Both the position numbers and the translations under genes were made by a program. A DNA stretch of 64,000 bases, taken from contig AP026125.1 of the NCBI GenBank assembly GCA_030295235.1, forward strand, positions 372,001-436,000. The letters are read 5' to 3'. How positions within the stretch are numbered: position 1 is the stretch's first letter; each line of letters begins with the position of its first letter. Positions 1-12,500 of this stretch are shown here, piece after piece. Below the pieces are notes generated by a model, which worked only from the letters and a program-made list of their open reading frames with translations, was not told the DNA's origin and searched no databases. The DNA is from Fistulifera solaris. Its lineage: Eukaryota.

Positions 1-7
1 CGCTTCT

Positions 8-2605
8 ATGTGCTACTTCGTTTTGACTCAGAAAGGGGTCGTTTTGTCGAGATCGTCAGTACAACCAATTAATCTACAGGAGGAACTGTCCGATGAGGTA
101 CGATCACGGATGGAGAAGTTCGATGTAGAAATTAATGGGAGGTTGGCCAATGACAAGTTCATCAGTGATGATATTACGACAGGAATCATCTACCTTGAAG
201 ACGACGATCCAGTCGCTGAAGGAGAGGAAAAGAGTCCAATCCTGGAAGCCGATGACGTTTGGGATGTCAATGCATACGATCATTATCTCAATGCGGAAAT
301 ATTACTCCCAGTTGGTGACGGCAGGATCGCCGGAACCGTCATTGAAAGGAAAACGAGACTCGGATGGCAAGCCGATTGGTGTGAGACACCAAGTGCCAAT
401 GATGGATACAAGGTTGTACAGAGTCAAACTTGCTGACGAACGGTTAGGGAACTTTTCAGCGAATAACATTGCCGAATGTATGTTCTCTGAAGTTGACAGT
501 GAGGGACGCTCGTGTCGACTACTGAAGGAAATATCAGACCATCGAAAGGATAAAACGGCGATCAATAAAGCGGATGGTATATTCGTTTTCAACAAACGAG
601 AATACAAGAAGAAGACGACGCGTGGTTGGTACCTTCTAGTCGAATGGATGGAAGGGTATTCCGACTGGGTTCCGTTGAAAGATTTGAAAGAAGCGTATCC
701 AGTGCAAGTAGCAGAATATGCGAAAGCAAACAACATCCATGACGAACCGGCATTTGCATGGTGGGTAGGAGATGTTCTTCAGAAACGAAACACTATCCTA
801 GCAAAAGTTAAGTCGAGATACTGGAAAACGACGCACAAGTTTGGCATTCGAATTCCGAAAACTGTGCAGGAAGCTCTTCAAATTGACAAGGATACCGGAA
901 CTGATTTTTGGCGTCGGGCAATTGAAAAGGAAATGGGAAAAATCAGCGCTATGGGCACATTCGAAAGGTGGAATGGCGGCTCGGCAGAAGATATTCGGAG
1001 CGGCAAAGTCAAACTACCGGGATTTCGAGAAATAAAGTGTCACATGATATTTGACATCAAAATGGATGGCAAGTTTACACGAAAGGCAAGATTCGTGGCT
1101 GATGGTAACATGACTGGCGAATTGCCAGCTTACATGACATACTCGACAGTCGTATCGAGAGAAAGTGTCCGCATTGCATTTCTGCACGCAGCGCTCAATG
1201 ATTTGGATATCTTGGGTTGCGACGTAACAAATGCGTATCTCAACGCACCATGTCAGGAGAAGATATGGGTTGCAGCAGGTCTCCGAATTTGGAGATGATT
1301 TGAGAGGAGCTTGCATGATAATTCGGCGTTGTATGGTCTCAAGACTTCAGGATCGAGTTGGCGCAAAACACTTTCCGAGACCTTAAATGACATGAAGTAC
1401 GTTTCGACGATGGCGGACCCCGATGTCTACCGACGCCGAAGTATCAAAAAGAACGGTGATCACTACTACGAATTCGTTTTGACTTATGTCGACGATATTT
1501 TATGCGTGAGTGAAAACCGAAAGCTACGATGGATATACTCAGTAAGGTTTATGCACTGAGAGACGAAGCCGAGGAACCCGACAGGTATCTTGGCGCCAAT
1601 GTAGCGAAAGCACAATTGAATGATGGACGCACCGCATGGTCTTTATCAAGTGATGATTATGTCAAGGGTGCGATCGATATTGTGAAAGGCATGCTCGCTA
1701 AGGACAAAAGTTACTTAAAGACAAGAGGTAACGAGCGGCCAATGCCAGAGAACTACCGTCCAGAGGAGGATACAACACGCTGAATTGACGCCAGAACTAG
1801 CGACAAGATATCAACAACTTATCGGAATGTTGCGATGGGATGTGAACTTGGAAGAGTGGACATTTTGCTTGAAGTGTCGTTACTTTCACATCATTTGTGT
1901 TTGCCAAGAGAGGGACATCTCGAAGCAGTTTACAAGATCTTCGCTTATTTGGACAACCACAACAAATCCAACATGGTCTTTGATCCCAAAGTAATACATC
2001 TTGATGAGAGTGCATTTCCAAAGACAGATTGGAAAGACTCGATCTACGGTGAGGTGACAGAGGAGCTACCCCCGAATGCACCCGAACCACTCGGTAAGCC
2101 TGTGTACATGACATGTTTTGTTGATGCTAATCATGCAGGCGAAACTACAACACGACGTTCGCAAACAGGGTATTTAATTTATTTGAATAATGCTCCCATC
2201 GACTGGTTCTCCAAGAAGCAGAACACCGTGGAATCATCAACGTTTGGATCTGAGTTTGTGGCCATGCGAATTGCAGTCGAGAAGATTCGAGCACTGCGAT
2301 ACAAGTTACGCATGTTTGGAATTCCAATTGAAGGTCCGACATCCGTCTTGGGCGACAATGAAAGCGTTGTTAATAGCGTTTCCAAAATGGAAGCTCGGCT
2401 TAACAAGAAGCACAATGCTATCTGCTTTCATGCAGTTCGGGAAGCATGCGCTGCCGGTTGGATTCGAGTTGGAAAGGAGCCAACAGCAACGAATGTCGCT
2501 GACCTTTTCACAAAGATGTTGCCAACGGCGAAGCGGCGCGAGCATCTTGTCAAGATATTCATCAAGAAGGTCAAGATGATCTTCAGGAAGAATCAAGAGA
2601 GCTAA
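8..2605 (+). CDS. Copia pol polyprotein (post-integrase region, chromo-like segment, RT, RNase H); 5'-partial and split by several frameshifts
   Basis: ORFs 8-436, 135-1298, 1311-1559, 1529-1783, 1785-1994 and 1835-2605 join into one pol sequence; stop TAA at 2603-2605. Confidence 0.88.
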
Positions 2606-2752
2606 TGAAGCTCTACCCGCGCAGGTATTGAGAGATTCCTCCTGGACATCCAAAATGGATGGAAGCAATACAAGTCCAGGTACAAGCAGGTCGTATTTGA
2701 GCCACAGAAGGATTGAGGAATAACTTGGCGTATCAACGAAACTGAGGCACTT

Positions 2753-3099
2753 TGTTGACACGAGGAGTGAATCAATCCAGATGTGTTAGGGACAGGGATG
2801 GATCGGTAGTGCCACGTCACCGTGCATTTATGCCTTAAGGTTACATCGGTTCCACCTTGACATTATCCCTTCTATTTGGTCACGGATGCATAAGCTATGC
2901 ATAACACTTGGAAGTGAGTGACCTAATGGGTGATCTAGCGGTTAAGCTAGATCATGAAAGCGTGAACAGAGACGTCGAGCAGGAATTGGAGATGCAAGAG
3001 CATTCCATCATTTCGACTAGTTTAGAGCTCACAGTTTTGAGCTCGGTAAAATAAATGCTCATTACGGCTTGTAATCAGTACTTCTAGACTTATTCAACA
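2753..3099 (+). repeat. Putative 3' LTR (~347 bp)
   Basis: Starts TGTTGA (2753) and ends with its inverted complement TCAACA (3094-3099). It begins ~150 bp after the pol stop and contains AATAAA at 3050-3055. The 5' LTR is outside the window, so the boundaries cannot be confirmed. Confidence 0.6.
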
Positions 3100-4005
3100 A
3101 CAGCAATGCGCAGTAGTATCGTTTTCTTGTCTCCGCCCGAATATGCAAGTCACGCCCGGGCCGTTTTCTATTAAAGATAAAACGTGACATCACAGAACCA
3201 GTCAGTAGAAATGAGTTTCTGTAACATAAGGGTTGGTACCAGATAAAATCGTACTGTACAGCTAACTGCGCCCAACGAGCCAAGGCAGGAGGCAGGCTTT
3301 GTACTGTAGTGTAGAGAGATACCTGGTAATGGGGAGGATGATCTTAGTTAGGATTTGGATCAATAATCAATACCCACATTTACTTTAAAAAATCAAGATA
3401 GGGAATCATCACAATTGACCGGGGGAACAGTCGATGAAATGCAACAAACACCAAACCGCTGCCAGGTCTTCTGTCTGATGATTCAGATGCGACCTAGATA
3501 AAAGAATGTTGGAGGGGTTTCTCTTAACGCTGCTCAGTTACTGTTGACATACACAAATTTAACAAAATCAACAGCACATTCATTAATTGAACTCACTCAT
3601 TCGAATTGGTAACTTGTTGGATGGATATGCTTAAGAGCATGCGTTCATTTTTTATTCTTTATCTTTTTGGTGGAAGGAATGAGGGCGAAACGACGCCCGC
3701 GTGCTAACTTGGATTCTCATTAAATACGAAACATGTAAGACAACTACTAGTTCGACACTCCATTTCACACCCACTATGGTCCACGAAAAAAGGAGGCGCA
3801 CCTCTGCCGAAATGATTGCGCCTCTTCTTTCCTTGCAAGGAACCTTTCTTTATTTTAAAAAAAATACGATCATTAAGAGAACACACATTTTTTAATCTCT
3901 CTTCTTTCTCATTCGCCTCTCTTGAAAGCTGCGGGTACGGCGTGGGATTTTTACGTGAATATCATCATCATCGATCTTTTTCGCGGCCCACACTCTTTGC
4001 TTTAC

Positions 4006-7000
4006 ATGTGGCGCACCACGAGGTTTCTTTCATGGATCTTGTTGTTACTGCTTCCCACCATTCACAGTTTCAACAGGATGCGTCCTTTGATCACACGAAC
4101 ACTGCGAAATCCCTCCTATCGACGAGCCTGTACAAGGATCTTTTCGACGTTGCCGCAAGAAACAGTAACAACGGAAGAATTGTTTCACAACAATAAGCCA
4201 TGGATTCAATTATCCAAGCAACCAGCGATTGAATTATCGATTATAAATGAGAACTCTCTGCAAATTGAGAATACTCTACAAATAAACAGTCAGCCCAAAG
4301 AAGGAGGAAATTGGAACCCGCAAAATCCGTTGCAATGGGCGCGTGATTTTGGGCGACGTTCTGCCGAACGCACCGCGGCCTTACAGAGTCGGATCCGTCT
4401 GCAACCGGGAGACGAAGGATACTTTGACGTGAGTCACATTCGGATACCGCACGTTACCATTGTTCGCAATCGACACGATGCGCGGATTGTCGTGGCGAAA
4501 TTGATGGAAGCTGCCGATATCTTTCATGCGTGTGATACCGAAGTCATGGACATTGACCTCAAAACGGTCGGACCCGTCGGGAATGGATACGTCACGTGTG
4601 TCAGTATTTACTCGGGACCCGATTTTGATTATGGTCTCGGAGATGGACCCGGTTCCTGTTTGTGGATTGATAATCTCGATGATGCGTGCGGTGTCTTACA
4701 AGAATTCAAGCAATGGTTCGAGGACGAACGTTTCCTCAAAGTGTGGCACAATTATGGCTTTGATCGCCACGTCATGTGGAATGAAGGAATTGACGTCAAA
4801 GGCTTTGGTGGTGATACCATGCACATGGCGCGCCTCGAAAATACGGCACGCAGTCGCATCAGCATGACGGGTGGGACCGAAATGAATGGCTATAGTTTGG
4901 AAGCGCTGACGGCCTCTCTCTTGAATCGTCGCAAACAGCCCATGAAGGAGATTTTCGGAGTCAAACGATTACGAAAAGACGGGAGTGAAGGTAGTATCAT
5001 CGATATTCCACCGGTCGAAGTCATGCAGCGCGATCCTCGATTTCGATCGCGGTGGATTTTGTATTCCTCCTATGATGCGGTGGGGACCTATAAACTCCGA
5101 GAAGTATTGGAGGAACGATTGAAGAAGAGAAAGTGGCTGTCGGATTCCGACAACATGTACGATTATTACTTTATGCACATGAGACCTTTTGGAGAAGTAC
5201 TCACCGATATGGAACGACGAGGAATACGGGTAGATGCCCGTGATTACTTGGCCAAAGCAGAACAAAATGCCCGGGCCGATAGAGAGCGGCATTCCAGGAT
5301 TTTTCGGGAGTGGGCGGCCACAAAGATCGGTGTCGATGGTTTAGCCATTAATACAGCGAGCTCGTTGCAACTATGTACTTTCTTGTTTGGGGGCGCTCTC
5401 AACGAGAAAACAAATGAATTCACTGAATCGGTTCGAGTGTTCAAAGTTCCTCGGGAGGAAATTCCGGAAGATGCACTGGAGGCGATTGAACGACGCGATA
5501 GAAAGGATGATGATAACGATGAGAAAAATGATCTCGATTACCTTGAGCAAATGAAAGCCGCTCAGCTCAAGGCTCTATGCAAAGAGAGAGGTTTGAAAGT
5601 ATCAGGGAAGAAAGCAGAATTGATTGAACGCTTAAAATCCTTTTTTATGCACGATAGCCAAAGAGTTGACAAAGCAGTAAGCGCTGACGAATTCGACGAA
5701 ATGACCGACAAAGATCTTCAAGATGTTTTGATCGCAAGGGGACAGGGGAAAGTAACAGGCACACGAGAGGAATTGCTGAAAAGGATACGACAAGATGTTG
5801 AGTTTACGAACCAAATCTTAGAAGCGTCAACTGGTCTGGATGCAGATGGAATGCCAGAAATAGCAAAAGTGATGGAAGACTTGGCAAGAAAAGACGGCGG
5901 GGCGCTAGCTGAGGCATTGGAAGAGCTGAGATTGAAATCTTCTACACCATCAAAGAACATCGACATAACAATAAAGGGGTTGGGCCTCAAGATTGAAAAA
6001 TATACTGCAGGTAGCTCTCCCAGTGTAACAGCCGATGTAATAGGTAAACTTGCAGGGGATCCGTTCGCCGACCCACCGAAATATGGCTCGGTAAGTATGT
6101 CAAGTTGGAGAGTAGATTGCTTTGATTTAAGTCACTCATTTTGTTTGTTTCAGGCATTTGAAAAACTGGGGAAAGAGGGATGCGAAGCTCTCGCGAGTCT
6201 CGCTGCTATTGGTTCCATCGACACAATGATAGCCAACTTCTTTACTAGTTTACAAGAGCTTGTTGACGACCAAAGTCGCGTCCATTGCTCCTTGAATTTA
6301 AACACAGAAACAGGTCGACTATCTTCACGGAGACCCAATCTTCAAAATCAACCCGCCCTGGAAAAGGATAAATACAAGATCCGAAAGGCATTTCAGGCTA
6401 GCCCAGGAAACAACTTGATCGTGGCTGATTACGGCCAGCTTGAATTACGTCTGTTGGCTAGTTTGACAGAGTGTACGTCGATGATCGAGGCATTCAAAGC
6501 AGGAGGTGACTTTCATTCTCGAACGGCACTAGATATGTTCCCCTATATACAAGAAAAAGTAAAATCTGGAGAGGTTATATTGGAGTGGGACTATGCTGAC
6601 GGTGAGCCAACAAAACCACTCGTGAAAGATTTATACGCATCGGAGAGGCGGAAAGCGAAAACGCTCAACTTTTCCATTGCATATGGCAAAACCGCGCATG
6701 GTCTTAGCCAAGATTGGGGAGTAACCAAAGACGAAGCTGAGGAGATGCTAAAAGCCTGGTACAAAGCTCGACCTGAAGTCGAAAAGTGGCAGAAGGCGAC
6801 ACAAGACCACGCGAAGAAGTTTGGAGTGACGCGAACCTTGATGGGGCGATACCGTGATCTACCTCATGCAATGAAGGGCTCAGCGCCTAAATTTCTTGGA
6901 CACGCTATGAGGGCCAGTATCAATACGCCGATCCAAGGTGGTGCCGCTGACGTAGCTATGATGGCAATGATCAAAATCAACAATAGCCCCAAACTCAAGC

Positions 7001-7194
7001 AACTCGGTTGGATTTTGCTGCTACAAATCCACGACGAAGTCATTTTAGAAGGCCCGGAGGAGACTGCAGAAGAAGCGTTTCAAGAAGTTCTCGATTCTAT
7101 GCAAAATCCTTGGGTGTATGGACTGAAAAAGACCAGCGTTCCGCTCGAGGTAGATGGCTCATACAATCACAAAACATGGTATGATGCAAAATAG
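4006..7194 (+). CDS. Family A organellar DNA polymerase (POP/PolI-like) with 3'-5' exonuclease and two inserted SAP-like motifs; intron 6091-6153
   Basis: Exo motifs ACDTE, HNYGFD, YSSYDA; Pol motifs A (ADYGQLELRLLA), B (RRKAKTLNFSIAYG) and C (LQIHDEV). N-terminus MWRTTRFLSWILLLLLPTIHS-F resembles a signal peptide followed by Phe. The 63-nt GTAAGT..TTTCAG intron is in frame. Confidence 0.93.
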   Translation: MWRTTRFLSWILLLLLPTIHSFNRMRPLITRTLRNPSYRRACTRIFSTLPQETVTTEELFHNNKPWIQLSKQPAIELSIINENSLQIENTLQINSQPKEGGNWNPQNPLQWARDFGRRSAERTAALQSRIRLQPGDEGYFDVSHIRIPHVTIVRNRHDARIVVAKLMEAADIFHACDTEVMDIDLKTVGPVGNGYVTCVSIYSGPDFDYGLGDGPGSCLWIDNLDDACGVLQEFKQWFEDERFLKVWHNYGFDRHVMWNEGIDVKGFGGDTMHMARLENTARSRISMTGGTEMNGYSLEALTASLLNRRKQPMKEIFGVKRLRKDGSEGSIIDIPPVEVMQRDPRFRSRWILYSSYDAVGTYKLREVLEERLKKRKWLSDSDNMYDYYFMHMRPFGEVLTDMERRGIRVDARDYLAKAEQNARADRERHSRIFREWAATKIGVDGLAINTASSLQLCTFLFGGALNEKTNEFTESVRVFKVPREEIPEDALEAIERRDRKDDDNDEKNDLDYLEQMKAAQLKALCKERGLKVSGKKAELIERLKSFFMHDSQRVDKAVSADEFDEMTDKDLQDVLIARGQGKVTGTREELLKRIRQDVEFTNQILEASTGLDADGMPEIAKVMEDLARKDGGALAEALEELRLKSSTPSKNIDITIKGLGLKIEKYTAGSSPSVTADVIGKLAGDPFADPPKYGSVSMSSWRVDCFDLSHSFCLFQAFEKLGKEGCEALASLAAIGSIDTMIANFFTSLQELVDDQSRVHCSLNLNTETGRLSSRRPNLQNQPALEKDKYKIRKAFQASPGNNLIVADYGQLELRLLASLTECTSMIEAFKAGGDFHSRTALDMFPYIQEKVKSGEVILEWDYADGEPTKPLVKDLYASERRKAKTLNFSIAYGKTAHGLSQDWGVTKDEAEEMLKAWYKARPEVEKWQKATQDHAKKFGVTRTLMGRYRDLPHAMKGSAPKFLGHAMRASINTPIQGGAADVAMMAMIKINNSPKLKQLGWILLLQIHDEVILEGPEETAEEAFQEVLDSMQNPWVYGLKKTSVPLEVDGSYNHKTWYDAK

Positions 7195-7822
7195 CCCCCT
7201 TTAAAACTTATGAATTACTCGTAGTACATAAAACAAAAAGAATCAACCGGTCTTCCTGATTTGCTAACACCGCTAGTGCAGTTCACAACCTCTTTTCTCA
7301 TTGAGAATAAATCATCATTCTTTCCAAAGCATTCATATAGAAGAACCATCAAAGAAAAAACATAGTTAAAAGCTAATGTCTCTGGTCTCTGGACTCGTAA
7401 TGTAGATAGATGGATAAATAATAATTTTAGCTCTGGAGACGAGGGCAGGACTCCAAAAATGCAAAGAACAACACCCGGGATTCCAACGTGGTCCCCCACC
7501 GTAGTACTGACCGGGCCTGACGATGCTTAACTTCGCTGAGCAGACGGGAAGCGGTGCTGTCATCGTAGTATGGTCGTTCCTGAAAGAGATGACTAAGTTT
7601 GTCTACATAACTGGTAAACTTTATCTTATAAAAAAGCTACGGAGTATTGATTTTCGTCGAACATATGATGCCAACAACGGAGACATTGGAACGAAATTTC
7701 GGCCTCGAGGCATAAGTTCCAAGTGTGTGTTGGATTCTTCGCTTTGGAAAATTGATTCATCACAATGGGTTCAGGGTCTCCGCAACGAAGCGAACAAGAC
7801 GATATTGGCTAGGCAATTGCGG

Positions 7823-9417
7823 ATGTTGAGCTTTGACGATAGTCGCAAAAGCAGTGCTTTCTCGCAGACCCCTGCTGATGCCCGACACCATGTTGGACTA
7901 CCTAGACGACAACAGGAGCAAAAAGATTCGACAATGTGTACTTCATTGGAGCGCGTGTCACCGAACAGCGTCATGATGCTCGATGATTCCTCATTCGAAA
8001 CATCCTCTTGGGACACGTCGCCTGGGCTGAACTCACTCTATCACGAGCCAACGCCCTTCGTCCTCGGCCCATACGATGAGGCATATGCCACTTTTAAGCG
8101 CACAGATCAGTTCGAACGGAAGAGAGAAACGCGATTGAGTAGACCTTTACGTCAACAGCATTCCACGATGAACGATTATGGCGGAGATGGGTTACGACGG
8201 TTCTCTACGCGATTGAATGCGTCACGACGTACGCTACTCACTACAAGTCAAAAAGGGAACGAAGAGAGATATGATATAATACCACGTCGGACGTTTCGAC
8301 CCTCACAAAACCATCGAAAACAGAAATCGGCATCGGCATGTAAAGGACGCAACAATTACTTTCGACAAGATGAAGTGCATGAGTCGTCATGGAAAGTCGG
8401 TAAAGCGGGTGACGGTGTCGCTCAAAGATTTCAAAAGACTATCATGAATTGCAATGCTCGGCAAGCAACGAAGGACAGAAACAACCAAACAGTATTCCAT
8501 GGCCCTTGCAATAGCCCCGATACAGCAGATCGTGGTGCGAGGGGCGCTGATGATGAAAACGATTGGATCGCCCCGTCCAAAATCAAAAACATCTGGCGCG
8601 ACTTTGCTGAAAGTTGTACAATTCATGGGCTCCAGAGTCCCTGTGGAGCTCTTTTTTCGCCATCAGACAGTCGTCGCCCCCCAGACGTGCAAAGTCTTTG
8701 GTGTACAGCGAATTTTCAAGACGAGGTTCTTGTAGATCGAGTTGACGCCGAGAGTAGTTTTCAATACGGCGATGGTCTAAGACAACAAAGACAGGGGCAA
8801 GGGACTACGGAAGATACGTTCTTGAGTAGCAGATACAACCGCCGGCACGCGACGCAGCTTGGAGAATTGTCTTCTTGTCATAATGCGCGTGTCAAGGGCA
8901 AAAGCCATGCTTCCATAATAAGTGAGGAGTCAACGTGGCCGGAGGTGAGACTTCGAATCGGGCTTCCTTCAACATCATCGTCAGTCGGAAACCAAATAAA
9001 AATGTGCGCAGCGAGCTAAGCTCTTCCAGACAAAGTGTTTTGCAATCGCTGCCGTACCACAGCACAAGAGTGAAAGATACGCGTTGCTTGGTGCGCCCCG
9101 ACACTGATGTCATGATCGCACAAGATAGATCATCTCAGCTCCCTGTGGAAATTTTCGACTTACGTAAAGAAATTCTGAAACTGCAAGTCGAATTGGATGA
9201 AGCTTGCGCCGAGCGCCTATCTTCTGAGAAAGAAAAGGAAAGAGTTGAAAGGGAGAGAGATGAAGCGATGAATGAAGCTCGTGATTTGAAAAACCATGTT
9301 CATGTAATAACAGCTTCCAATGACTTCTTACGAAGAAAGCAGCTAAGTCAGACGCGAAAAATCGATGAGGAGCACTTCAGCTCACATGTTAGCTCGGAAA
9401 TACGGCCGACTCATTAA
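7823..9417 (+). CDS. Hypothetical low-complexity protein with C-terminal coiled coil (frameshift near 8950-9000)
   Basis: Long ORF 7523-9019 (likely ATG 7823) overlaps ORF 8935-9417, which encodes a heptad-rich segment (LRKEILKLQVELDEACAERL..). Confidence 0.55.
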
Positions 9418-9592
9418 AAGGCCGAAGATCGCATTGTATAAATTAGCTAGAGCGTTCGTTCCTGTACAAAAGGAGGTAAAACGTTTTCTTGAAAGGGGAT
9501 TTCTGTTAGAGGGAACTTGTAAGTGGGCGGTAATATTCTAGATCTACAGGGGGGCTCTGCTGTTAACGTCTATATAAAGGTTTAATCTATGT

Positions 9593-12500
9593 TTATGCAT
9601 CTTGTTCTTTCCGAAGTTTGCGGATTCTGTTGCGCCTTGCGCTTTTGAACAACGCGCTGTCTGTGAAGAGGGCACTGAAAATCCCTCCCGTGGTTGAGTT
9701 TCGGTTAGGTAGGCAATAATCAAGCTCACTCTGCGTGGTTACACCCATCCATAGAGCGACACCGTTCCAAAAGGCATCCCAGCTAGTAGTAGGAATGAAC
9801 CTGCCTCGACCGATATTGAGTGACCCTTTATCGGTAAGATCAGAAGGATATTTCCCAAAATCCTTCCGCCATTGACATCGCCCCCAAGGAACATGTAATT
9901 GCCTCCCCATCCATGGTCACTTCCTCCACCGGTGTTCGGCGTTAATGTTCTTCCAAACTCTGAGGCGACGACAATCGTGACATCGTCCCATACACCCTGT
10001 AGTTTTAGTTCTTCGACCATCCAACCCAACCCTTCATTGACGTGCGTCAAGCCTCGCTCTAAAGAAGATTTTAAAGAAGAATGATGATCCCAGCCATCCA
10101 TTTGCACGTAGAAAACATCGCGATCCACTCCACGTAAGCTTCTAGATTTGATAAGCTTCGAGATCATGCTCAATTGATAGCCGTGCGTCTCGAGCTCCCA
10201 CTCGTTTTTGGGCCAATGTGCACCCAAGGAAACATTTTCAATTTGGCTCTGCAAAAGCTCAGCAGCGCGAACACCACTTATAAATTCCTTTGACCATGTT
10301 TGGCCGAAGAGGGAGTCGTGCGGAGATGGTAGTGCATTAAGCTCCTCAGCATATGAAAGAAGATCGAGTGTTTCTGACTCGGGTTTTACGTCAAAGGTAT
10401 TCACCCCAAGACGACTAACTATTTTGGGTTTAGGATTCTTGTCTTTAGCAGGGTCAACAGCTATGGACGCCCTGTCAATCGCCACTGATCCAGTCTTATA
10501 ACCCTTCGTCTGCAAGACAGAGCTGAGTCGACCCAGAACTCCTGTTCCTTCACTAAATGATTTAGGGTCAATTGTTTTTGTTTCTCGTGTCATCCAGTTG
10601 TGGGCAAACAGCTGTACCTTCGTTTTTCGAGATAATTAGATTTGTCCAGTCCTGTGGTATTGTCAAGTACACCCATATTCGCAACAAAAGCCAAATCACC
10701 ATCTTTGTAAAGAGTGTGAAAGAGTGTTAAACTCTTGTGTAGAGCGAATGTTTGGCATGGTTGGTTTGTTGCGCCGATGAGCAAGGACCGCTCGGCGTTG
10801 CCAATAGCGAGATAATCTCGTTCTGACATGTATTGCTTGTCAGTTGTAACACCTTGAGCATTCTTCCCCGAACAAACATGCGGAATAAGCACGTTAAATG
10901 AGTCTAGCCCGCCGTCAAGCATCATCAAAATGACGGCTTTATACGGCTTTGCGTTTGAATCCACGGCGGCGTCGGGAGGTCTGTCACCTCCACTGTTCTC
11001 GGTTATCCCAGTCGTATGAAATTCGGGTGTCGTCAAGATCAACTGACCAACATTTAAAAAGCCCTCTGTTCGACTCACAGCCATGTCGTAGACTTCTCGC
11101 AAAAGAGTCCGCTTTGTGTTGCTCATTCGGCCCGCAGTGAGCAGAAGAGACATTTCGTCGACAACTTGCAACGAATTATAGGATTCGTTGGGCGTGTATG
11201 CGAGATATCCCATTGCATTGTTGTAGCTGCCTTTCGTTACACCAAGATCTTTGCCGTATCCAAAGCCCCCGTATTCAGAATCTAAACCATATTTTAGAAG
11301 ACTGTTCAGTCCGTTTACGAGTGATACAACGGTTGGTGCACTCATAGCCTGACATTCTGGACAAGTGAGCTTGGCGTCACCGATTGGTCCTAAAAGTAAA
11401 GGTAAGTTATCTCCGGCGCAACTGCAATGTCTCAACTAATGTGCTTACCAGAAGGTGAATATTCAGGTAAGAAAAAGGAAAAAACGCTTGGGAGCTTATG
11501 AGCTTGTTGCCCTACCAGATCTTGAAGGGAATGGGCAAATCGAATAAAGGGTGAATCCTCTGAGGGGCGAAATTCCATCGATCGCATGACCCGTACAATT
11601 CTTAGAAAAGGCTCATGAAGGCCCCCGTGGGTAGGATCAAATTCCAAAAGTGGGGCTCGAGTCTCCCGATCTAGTAGTATAGCAGAAATCAATGCAAGCA
11701 AATCACCATACTTGCCGCTCCCAAGTGTGTCTTCACCGTCTGTATAAACACCTGATCGAAATGCCGTAGCAGCGACTTCAATCGCCCGGTGAGATGGATT
11801 GGATACACCAAATCGTTGGAAGAGTTTTATGGCAAGAAACGGAGCAGTGCTTGGGTGATACTATATTCAAAGGATCCAGTGAGGTTTAATTCTAGTACTA
11901 CCGCGACAACGTGAAAAAGCACTTACGAAGTATTGGTCCAACCCCGCGTCCGTCTCGTATACAGCATCGCGTAACTCGGGCAGCACTAGAGGCATGAAAT
12001 GAGAGGGATTTCGAAACTTAAGTGAGCGTGTCCCGACATGCACCGTCGACCGGATGTTTCTTCGCCGCTGAATAATGCCATTGGTATCGACAACCTCAAA
12101 AATCGATTCCATCGAATATAGCCCGTCCGGTGAATACATTACAATTCCTCCTCCAAGATCAAGGCGTTGATAATTGCCGTCGAGTATGTCCGGGGAGAAA
12201 GCCCCGATTCGCAACTCCTTTAGCACCACTTCTTTTTTTGTAGGAGCCTGACTGAATACTGATTCGTCAACAACGTTTGCATCGCACAAACAGAAATTGT
12301 CGTACTCGTCCCTAGAGCAACCATTTTCGTTGCACCTCACATCATATGAATCCAAGAACGATCCAAGTGATCCTTCCCAATCTACCGTGAAAAATGTTTT
12401 CGTATCTTCTTTGACATTGTAGAATATATCTTCTTTGTCGATTACTGGATCGGCAGCGTTAGAAACACTGTGAACGATGCCCACATTCCCGTGCGGATTG

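Larger units (their letters stand above)
1..3099 (+). mobile_element. Ty1/copia LTR retrotransposon (diatom CoDi-like), 3' part, truncated by the window start
   Basis: Pol fragments in copia order: RT (CHMIFDIKMDG..KARFVADG, DVTNAYL, ALYGLKTSG, YVDDIL) then RNase H (FVDANHAG, SSTFGSEFVA, GDNESVV, NVADLFTK). A putative LTR follows. Confidence 0.93.

Noticed and set aside
3922..4005. ORF-track N-terminal extensions from TTG/GTG starts (also 20521, 46861, 49558, 58254, 63052)
   Set aside because: These non-ATG starts are artefacts of a prokaryote-style ORF caller; downstream ATGs give coherent presequences or domain starts.
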